From the NCBI RefSeq assembly GCF_009914755.1, contig NC_060929.1: DNA of 64,000 nt; one strand, given 5' to 3'. How positions within the stretch are numbered: the first letter of the stretch is position 1; each line of letters opens with the position of its first letter. Under the pieces are notes generated by a model. That model did no database searches and had not been told where the DNA came from. It saw only the letters and a list, made by a program, of their open reading frames with translations. Made by a program: the position numbers and the translations under genes. This DNA is from the human T2T-CHM13v2.0 reference genome, Homo sapiens. This document shows, one piece after another, positions 55,483 to 64,000 of this stretch.

Positions 55483-56969
55483 GTACCTGACCTTTAACTC
55501 CACTTAAACCAATAATGCTTAAAAATGCCAGAAGGTAGCTTTGGATGAAGCCCACACTTTCCCTAAAATCACCCAAAGTACACTTTCTGGAATTAAAATC
55601 AGCGTTTGTAAACAACTTGGAAATAGACAGGCCCCCTGAAAGTTTCACCTGACTCTGCACTAGGCTCACATTCAAACGTCTGAGGCACCAGCTGAGTGAA
55701 TCAGGCAAGCAAGGTCCATGGAGAGGGCTGTCTCTTCTCTGGGGGCAGGCACTTCTCAGCTCCAGCTGATTGTTGATATGTAGAAATGTCTGATCATATT
55801 GTCTGATCATGAAGTTTTGCAAAGGAAGTCAGAAGTTTTAATTTTCATCTGAATGCTCCCAATGACTAACTGATGACAATTGCTGGAAAATATTTTAAAA
55901 CCCACTCTAAAACTCGCTGTACTTCAAGCAGATGTCTATTCTCTGGCAATATACAATCTCAGCTCTAAAGGTTTGCCTTATTCTCTACATGGATTCCATC
56001 TTTGCCTTTCATTTCTACTCATGTCATGTTCTCAAAAGAATATTACTGGAATAAAATTACATGCTTGTATCAGAAAATTGTATTGACATTCATCTACAAA
56101 CACAAATTCCCAGGAAAACAGATTGCAAATGAGGTTTTGTGGTTTTGGTTTTTTTTTTTTTTGAGATTGACTTTTATGCTCAGAAGTGGATTTGGTTTTA
56201 AAAATCTGACATTCAGTATACTTAAACATCTAGTTCTTCTTTGCATTTTTAAGTTTAATTTTAAAAATTTACATTCTGTTTTTATATCTCAACAAAAGAC
56301 TTTAAGAGGACTGTATTATAGGATCCCAGTTAAAACTTAATAACTTTCCCTTTACTATTTTATATTGCATTTATAATATACTTGACTTCCTTTTTAAATA
56401 CTGTTTTGCAATTGTCTGCTATAACAAGTATTCTTAAGTATATAAACATTCTTATAAATTGAGTAAATTAAGCTTAAAAGATGATAAATTTATCATATAT
56501 TATAATACCAAATTTAAATGTCACAAGCCTTCAGCTTAAATTTCTAAGGCAATATCAGTTACTTAAATTTCAGTTTTTAATTGGGATTATAATACTAATA
56601 CATTACTATATGTGAAGTATTAACACACAGTTTCAATGTTAGGGTTAAATATAGAGATTCTTTCTGTAACAACAATTATCAATTCAATCATTCAGATTAT
56701 CTTAAATACTTAACTAAGTCTTCTTAAGATGAAATGGTACTTCGCTAAAGAAGCTATTATGCTATCTAAATTAAACTTTTTGTTTGTAACCTAGGCTGGC
56801 TGAGATTTTATATACACAACCACAGCTGTAGACCGGGATATTTACTGCAGTGCCGTCTGAGATGTTAAAAGAATATACCAAGCCCTATTAATTATTCAGA
56901 ATATAGGAGTGATGTCCTTCTTCTCAGAGCACATATAGTTCACATCCCCAGGCTTAAATTATTATTATT

Positions 56970-57390
56970 GCTATGTTGGAGCTGGTTTTAAAAGTTTCGT
57001 GAGGAGTGATTGTTAAAATTTCAGGAATTGTGCAAGCCAGTTGTTAACACAACCATTATGTAATAATTATAGAAACTTACAATTAAATAAATTATGTTAA
57101 AAACAAAGGCAATAAATACTCTAAACTCATCACTAATTGTTTCCTTACATTTTATTATTATCTATTTCTTGAGGTTATTTATGTCTGTTACATCCATATG
57201 CTGGAAATACTTTATAATGATGTACTGCTGTGCATCTCTTTCCAACTCCACATTCAGCGACATCACTCTGGTAGTGAGAAGTCCATCATGGTAAAAGAAA
57301 TTATACCACAGAAATTGGCAAATGAAACAAATCAAGGTTCTGGCCACCTCTGAAAAAGCTGACTGCTAAACATTTATTAGTATATCAGTA
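56970..57390. mobile_element. MER63-like hAT-Blackjack element
   Basis: gattgttaaaatttcaggaatt...aaacttacaattaaataaattat...ccacagaaattggcaaatg. Confidence 0.6.
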
Positions 57391-57709
57391 GTTATGTTAT
57401 TATCTAATTCTCTGTCTGCACTCCCCTCCAGAATACCCTATCACGTTTGGATTTTGCATTTCTTTATCTCTTGAAATATTTAAAGATCTTCTATGTAGCT
57501 CCAAAGTTCTTCAAAATTCATATAGTTCTGTACTTATCATATTTTTTCTATTTAGTAGGATCACATAAATCACATAATAAATTTATGTCTCATTGAAACT
57601 CTTTTGACATGTCTATATGATCATAAGTTTAAAGGTCATCCTGCTGCCACTGATTTCAAAGGGGTATAAAAGAAAGACAATTTTAGTTATTTCACTGAGG
57701 CCTGTTGCT

Positions 57710-58010
57710 TATTTATTGTCTGTTTGTTTATAGAAACAGGGTCTTGCCCTATCGCTCAGGTTGTAGTGCAGTGGTGTGATCATGGCTCACTGCAGCCTTA
57801 ACCTCCTGAGCACAAACAATCCTCCCACCTCAGACTCTCAAGTAGCTGGGACTATAGGCATGGACCACCATGTCCAGCTAATTCTTAAATTTTATGTAGA
57901 GATGGGATCTCACTGTGTTGCCCAAGCTGGTCTTGAACTCCTGGTCTCAAGTGATCCTCCTGCCTCCCAAAGTGCTGAGATTACAAGCATGAGCCACCGC
58001 CCCTGGCCTA
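57710..58010 (-). mobile_element. AluJ
   Basis: acagggtcttgccct...gatcatggctcactgcagcc...gagccaccgcccctggcc. Confidence 0.9.
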
Positions 58011-59364
58011 GGTCTGTTGTCTGATTTCTTACAGTACTAATTTTTTTATAGGCTTGGAACAGAGAATGTGTTCCAACTTGCATGGCTGGGCTAAAATATC
58101 TAATCATTTAGTATTTCATAGCAGAGATAGATCAGGAGTTTGTTAATTTAACTCAACTTAGAAGTGAAGTTTTTGTACTGCAATCATTAAAATCAATTTT
58201 GTTTTACATATAAACATATTATCAGGCTAATCCTAGAGCAAAATCTATTTATTCTATTCAGTTGAATTCCAGACATTGATGAACCATATTATTTTCTAAC
58301 ACTGCATATGGAAATTTACCGTTTTAATTTGAGTTCACTAATATAATTAAATTGTGGCAATTCAAACAAAGAGATGCCTTCCATTAGTACAGTTAATAAG
58401 ACATAACGAAGGGCTAGAACAAAGCATGAATCTAAACATATAGACCAGAGTCTCTCCCAAGTCAGGAAAAACAAAGTGGAATCTACAGGTTTCTTTTTAT
58501 ACAACAGTTTGTTACAAGGTTTAGAAATATACTGATTCTCTCATGCATTGAATAGCCATAAAATACCAACACTGGTTTTTCTGTGTACCTTATGAAGATG
58601 CAGCTATGCATTTTTAGTCACACCTATTTTCAGTAGATTAAAATCTCTACAAGGCAAAAATGGTCTGAAGATGTTACGAATCACAGAGGCCTAAAGCAGG
58701 AATGACTCCATTCTTCATGCCCACCCACGCAATTTTGTTCCTTCTCCAACCTTCTACTGCCTATCATCCTGCTGCCTAGCTAACTATAGCTCTTAGCAAT
58801 TATGTCACTTTGGTATTTAAGAGAAGGAGAAGGTAGAAATGGTAGAAAATTCGTGGAAGAGAAAAACTAAGAAAGAAAGGTAGGCAGTTAATATGCTGGT
58901 TAAGGCTCAGATTCATTCTCTGCCCTTCTTCTGCTTTATTTTGCAATATTACAATGACCCTAACAACTGTATTTCCAAGGCTATTTTTTTCGACTGCCTT
59001 TCAGCTCATTTGGTCAATGGGAGATTGGAGGCCAAGAGGAAGAAAGAATTCAAAATATTTTGTCCCCCTTTTTTCTCACCCAAAAAGGCACAGGGGTCAT
59101 CTCAAGCAGTGATGACATTTGTCCCATGATCTCAAAATCCTGGTAAGCAGTGACCATCATGATTCTAGTTTCTGCCAGAAGACTCAGTTCTGGGCTCTGG
59201 TAACATGACGTTTTCTCTGGGTCTCTCTAGCCATTGGGAGAGTAGTGCCTTCCTGCTGCAGTGAATCTCTGGGTTGCCTCACCACCGAGTTCTTCCATCA
59301 TCTGTATAACCAACAATCTCCATTAGATTCCTTCTCTCTGAAAGTCCCAAAATGATCCCAACTG

Positions 59365-59417
59365 GATCACGACTTACACAGAACTGAAGACTCGATCACA
59401 ACTTACACAGAACTGAA
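59365..59417 (+). repeat. Tandem duplication, 29-bp period
   Basis: gatcac(g/a)acttacacagaactgaa twice. Confidence 0.85.
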
Positions 59418-59842
59418 AGTGGGAGAAACAAGAATGAGTCAGTTATTTTTTTTTCTAGATAATTACGGTCCCTGCCATTACAGATGTGGAAAGAGGCAGA
59501 AAAAAAAACAGAACAAGAACAGGAAGAAATACTTATTGAGTACCTTTGTTGTGCAAGTGTTTTATTATCGTTTTATCTTCACAGATGAGAAAACAGAAGC
59601 TTAGAGAGATTAGGTATTTACTAATGATCGCATTATTAACATGTGGTTGCACAGAAATTTGGACTCAAGATTTGACTCCAAAGCTTTTCCACTGGAGTAT
59701 GATTTCCCTAGCTGACATGAGATTACATTCAGAAATAGTTCTTGAAGGCTTGATGGGACTAAGAGATAAAAGTCGTAAATGTTAAATAACCTAAGATCAA
59801 GGTCACTGTCATGGCCACACCAAGTTTAGTTGAGGGTATCTG

Positions 59843-59993
<151 letters not shown>

Positions 59994-60249
59994 TAAATCT
60001 TTAGAATTTGTGAGGGCTAATGGAGAAACGTTCCTGGGGATCAAAGGTGTTCATTAAAGAAATCTATTATTTTACAGTTGTTTTTTGTGGAATTCAGGGT
60101 ACCCTTATTTGGAAGGGTAATTTATTTGGGAATTTTTTATTCTCCTTCTCCCATGGCAAAGATTTATCAACACTGTTATGTTTTATGGAGATGTCCTCTG
60201 TACTCCTCCCCCAGAAATGCAGTTGGGTAGAAGGGGTGACAGAAATCCA

Positions 60250-61350
60250 TCCTTATGTGTTCTCATCCACTCCCATGATGTTTTCCAAAACTTAGTTACT
60301 TCCAAATGTTGCTTTCTCTTGAGATGTAGACCTGCATATCCACTGTTTACTGGACCTATGTGGGCATCCTCATACAAATCTGATTAGATATGTCTAAAAC
60401 TCACTATATTTTTCCATCAAGCTCTTCCTTCCATATTCCTAATTTACTATAGTTAATGGCCCAAGAATGCAACCCGTCCCCCACTGACTGCCTCAGCCAA
60501 TCCTTCTGCACCTCATCTACTTTCCTAGGCACCACATTCAACCGGGCTCTAGATCCTGTTAAAATCAACTTTCTAAGTTCCTCCAAAATCAATCTTCATT
60601 TACTCATTCGATAGTTGACTGTCCAGTACCAGATCTGGTGCTCAGTACTGGGAACGTTGAAATGAATCAGGAGGGCCAAATGAGGTACTGCCTAGCTCTT
60701 CTTTTGCTCCTTTTCATTGTCTTAGGTCCCTTCTCACCTGAGTCACAGCATTAATTTCTTTACTGTTTGGGCCGTTTCCATCTTGTTCCCCACCCCGTCT
60801 CCTCTTCTCCCAGAATAAATTTTAGGAATCTGAAGTACTATGTCACTTTCCTCCTTGAAATTTCTCAGTAGTTTGGCATAGCCTTCAAAATGCAGCCTAA
60901 AAGCCATGGGTTGCACCATTCATGTCTTCCAGCCTTTTCCTATAATACTTCAGATTGCACACCCACTTCTGTGAACTCTTTCATCCCCCGGGCTTCTATA
61001 CGTGCTATTCCCACTGCTTATAACACTCTTCCCTATCGCATATTTCTATTTAACCCCCACTCATCTTTCAAACACAGTAAAAACAAATTTCTTTTCTGGA
61101 ATCTATTCACTGAGCCCAGCCCATGCCTGGGGCTTCTTCCTCATGATTCCTGCTGAGTTCCCACAACACCCAGTACATACCTTTATCGTAAAATCACACC
61201 ACTTGTCACACTAATAGGTAAATGCACTGTCTCCTCCACTCCATTGTGACTTCCTTGAGGGCAGGGGGGCCTCGGGTTCACTCTGTGTCTCCAATGCCAG
61301 GCCCTGGATGTGGCACACAGCAGATGCTGAGTACATATAAGAATGGGTAA
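60250..61350 (+). mobile_element. L2 fragments, including the 3' end
   Basis: tgtgacttccttgagggcaggg...tggcacacagcagatgctga, with upstream pyrimidine-rich L2 body. Confidence 0.6.
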
Positions 61351-62449
61351 GTGTGTATTTTGAAATCATGAGGTAGTATACAATCTTCCACTGTGAAACT
61401 CAAAAGGAAGGAACATTTTCTGTTTGGAAACTATTGTTTCTTCTCTGCTTATAAAAATACAACTGAATTTGTATACATGGCCAGAGAACTCCAGCCAGCA
61501 GGAGTTAATCTAGGAGTTGTGAAATACTCATAACATATTCCCTGGATTTGGCTTTTATTAATACAATATACCAAGTGGAGTTTTAACAATTTTAGAAAAA
61601 TGTAAAAGTGCAACTAGCATCTCTATACTATGCTGTACAGGACCACAATGTAAACACAGCCTTAACAAACCAAAGCACTTCTTTTCATAGGACAGTATTT
61701 TCCTTATAGTGGGATTACAATTGAACAAAAAATATTTACATCTTATGCAGATGCCTGTAAGTTCAGAGTAACAGGATGAGCAGCTTTCCTTTACTACACC
61801 TGTCAAAGAGTAGATCCCACTGAAAAAGAAAACCTCAAATTTACCTCTTAATTTAATAGATTAAAAGATGGACCCCAAACCACAACTTGGTTCCCATACC
61901 ACTCCTCAACTACCATGCACCAGAAGGAAAATAAAATGACTTATTCACAAAGTATTTCTCACTACTGGAATTATGTGCTAGTACTGCCAGTGGCACTGGA
62001 AGTGTTTAGGCAGGTTTATGCTGAGTAATATGTTTAGGTGGTGCATGTATTCTAATTCAGAGTTTTGCCCATATTAAGATAAACTTCCTGTACCTATTGA
62101 CACTGAATAACAGAGATCTATTTAATCTGGCTTCACCTCCAAGCTAAACAAGTTTTGAAGAAATACTACAGAGAGAAATTGGGTTTGGATTTTGTAGGAG
62201 GCTTATATTTTGGTTGTAAGAAGAATGGTGTTCTTAAGCTAGATCTACTCTGAAAGTTTATGATTGTACTTCAGGTATTAGACTTCCTAGAAACTGTAGT
62301 TAGAAAAAATTAAAGATCTAACTCTCTAGTATGCTTCTATACTCAGTGGCTTCTTGGCACTGCTTGGCACGATCTTATCAAAAAATGTAATGATGTGGTG
62401 AAGAGTTCTACTAAAGACAGGAGACCATTATTTCTGCGTTTTCATACTC

Positions 62450-62455
62450 TTTATT
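62450..62455 (-). terminator. Distal polyadenylation signal AATAAA of PLK2
   Basis: Plus-strand tttatt, followed on the minus strand by a likely cleavage region and a GT/T-rich stretch (ggtctcctgtctt). Confidence 0.8.
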
Positions 62456-62537
62456 GCCAACGGTTTAAAATGGTCAACATAAAAAAAAAGACATTTTGAT
62501 AATAAATACTGCTCTTTGGGCTGTAATAAATAAAAAG

Positions 62538-62543
62538 TTTATT
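62538..62543 (-). terminator. Candidate proximal polyadenylation signal AATAAA
   Basis: Plus-strand tttatt 88 nt upstream of the distal signal, followed by U-rich sequence. Confidence 0.45.
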
Positions 62544-62614
62544 AACAAGGAATGCACTTTTCCAGCCACAAGTATCTTCAAAAATTAATGAAAAAAAATT
62601 ATATATGGCCATAG

Positions 62615-62992
62615 TTCACAGTTACGCAGCCAAAAGCTGCTCCAATTACAGCCTTTAAACAACATGGGAGCTTCCTCCCTTCTCCCTCCCCTTCAGGAAG
62701 TATATTCACAGTTCCAAAGTCCTCTGGCTGAAATGCTCTCAACAGAGAGAATTTAAGAATCAATGCACCTTTCTGCAAAATTGTCTGAAAAACCTTTTAA
62801 AACAGGTATCTCAAGGAAAACTGCATTCTGGTTCACTCTTGGATTGTCCAAAGTCAAGAACTGTATGCCTTAGCCTGTTCTGGTTCCACCCAGTCCAGCA
62901 GGCCACAGGGGAATTGTTTTCGTACCACCACATGTCCATCTTCTTCAACATACTCTAGATCATTCTTTTGGCTTCCCTGTAGATCTCACAGT
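62615..62992 (-). promoter_or_regulatory. Three miR-27 seed matches (8mers ACTGTGAA at 62615-62622 and 62705-62712; 7mer-m8 at 62986-62992) and a miR-126-3p 7mer-A1 (GGTACGA, 62920-62926)
   Basis: Plus strand reads ttcacagt/tcacagt (miR-27 5' end UUCACAGU) and tcgtacc (miR-126-3p 5' end UCGUACC). Confidence 0.75.
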
Positions 62993-63031
62993 GGAAAAGA
63001 GGAGTCCCATAGGGTCCATTCGAAAAGTCTT

Positions 63032-63223
63032 TCAGTTACATCTTTGTAAGAGCATGTTCAGGGCATATTCCATTCGATTTTTTAATTCTGATGAACAGCC
63101 AGACATCAGCAGAGTTGTCAGCCTGAAAGTTGTAGATATCCTATCCTCATTGATGTAGGTGAGAAGGTATTCTTCATTTTGGCTACAGATGATGATTTTT
63201 GTATGATCATGGTAGAAATTCAC
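63032..63223 (-). CDS. PLK2: PLK2 last coding exon (C-terminal polo box region, [19 protein letters not shown]...[13 protein letters not shown])
   Basis: Translation matches the PLK2 C-terminus as I recall it. AG acceptor at 63225-63224 after a pyrimidine tract. TGA stop at 63034-63032. Confidence 0.98.
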   Translation of the reverse strand: MNFYHDHTKIIICSQNEEYLLTYINEDRISTTFRLTTLLMSGCSSELKNRMEYALNMLLQRCN

Positions 63224-63359
63224 CTTAAAAAATAAACATAGACATTAGATCTCTCAAAATATTCGAGAATTAGAAAAGTTCAGTCAATCACTAAACTGTC
63301 TAGGTACAAATCTTTCTGTTTAGGACCTAAACGTGCACTTTCCTGAAGAGTTCATTTAC

Positions 63360-63470
63360 CTGAAAGGTGCCATCATTAAAGAGCATCATTAGGGCCTTAT
63401 CAGATTTTAGCCACTGAAGGAGGTAGAGCCGAGGTCTTCGAATATCAGTAACACTAGGCAGATCTCCACC
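63360..63470 (-). CDS. PLK2: PLK2 penultimate exon, 111 bp ([37 protein letters not shown])
   Basis: Hand-translated; absent from the ORF track. Acceptor tctcttccAG, donor CAG/GTAAAT. Phase 0/0, in frame with both neighbours, with the polo-box motif [11 protein letters not shown] across the junction. Confidence 0.97.
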
Positions 63471-63540
63471 CTGGAAGAGATTAGGAGAGTGAGTTAGTGC
63501 CTACAAAGATTTTGTAGCATGCACTCTATTATTATTCTAA

Positions 63541-63716
63541 GAAAATCCTCTCAAACTTAAGCAAGCATCAGAATGGCTTTGGAAATCCCTGCCTCCACCT
63601 CCCGGAGATTCTGATTCAGTACACCAACGGTAGGTCAGGAGAATCTGTTTCTAACAAGCTTCAAAGTGATGCAGACACTACTGCTTTGTGGCCTACACTT
63701 CAAATGTCACCACTCT
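63541..63716. mobile_element. MER5A-like MITE in a PLK2 intron
   Basis: ctcaaactt...gcatcagaat...gattctgattcagta...gaatctgtttctaacaagct...gtgatgc. Confidence 0.65.
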
Positions 63717-63733
63717 AAAGCCACAGTACTTAC

Positions 63734-63863
63734 ATCCATGAGGTTCTCCTCCATGTAATGAGAAAAGTATTTCAGCACCGTCACTTGACTAATAAATTGC
63801 TCAGGAGCATCTGTTGCTGGGAAAACTGAGCATTGGCCAAGCTCTGCGTAATAGTGAACTGTT
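63734..63863 (-). CDS. PLK2: PLK2 internal exon, 130 bp ((K)[43 protein letters not shown])
   Basis: Acceptor ttttatAG, donor GAT/GTAAGT. Overlaps ORF 63707..63922 and contains the PLK-family motif [12 protein letters not shown]. Confidence 0.97.
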
Positions 63864-63987
63864 CTATAAAAACAGGAACGAAAGGGAGAGAAGAGGAAAA
63901 AAAAATAGAAGCAGTTAATCATTGTTTTTAGATTTCTTTAGTGCAAGACTAGAGAACTGACAGGATTTCATTAATTGATACACTTAC

Positions 63988-64000
63988 TTTTTGTCTGGAA
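63988..64000 (-). CDS. PLK2: PLK2 exon, last 13 nt only (..LPDK-K), truncated by the window edge
   Basis: TTCCAGACAAAAA followed by a GTAAGT donor at 63987-63982. Phase 2 joins the next exon to give LPDKKTVHYY. Confidence 0.9.

Larger units (their letters stand above)
62432..63031 (-). other. PLK2: PLK2 3'UTR (~600 nt); 3' end approximate
   Basis: Runs from the stop codon to ~20 nt past the distal AATAAA. U-rich on the minus strand. Confidence 0.85.

Noticed and set aside
53890-55822. Cluster of ORFs up to 152 aa
   Set aside because: They lie mostly in GC-richer LTR sequence and show no gag/pol/env similarity.
63707-63922. ORF-track start and end for the 71-aa minus-strand ORF
   Set aside because: Only 63734-63863 is exonic. 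The flanking residues are translated intron.

Overview
Human (or closely related primate) genomic DNA, AT-rich and repeat-dense. The only supportable protein-coding sequence is the 3' end of PLK2 (polo-like kinase 2) on the minus strand: the tail of one exon, three complete exons encoding the C-terminal polo-box region, the stop codon at 63032-63034, and a 3'UTR ending near 62432 with miR-27, miR-126 and AU-rich sites. The other ~62 kb is PLK2-downstream intergenic DNA made of Alu, MIR, L2, CR1, MaLR and ERV1 LTRs and DNA transposons, including a near full-length Tigger1. Almost all listed ORFs are spurious. The most unusual signals are several local templated copy-paste scars (57 bp, 229 bp with a hairpin junction, 26 bp, and a 135 bp inversion), a homogeneous palindromic 25-bp minisatellite, a tailless 35-nt U2 snRNA retrocopy, and an LTR12 nested in another LTR. 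I found no convincing new gene system. Repeat subfamily names come from remembered consensus sequences and need RepeatMasker/Dfam confirmation.
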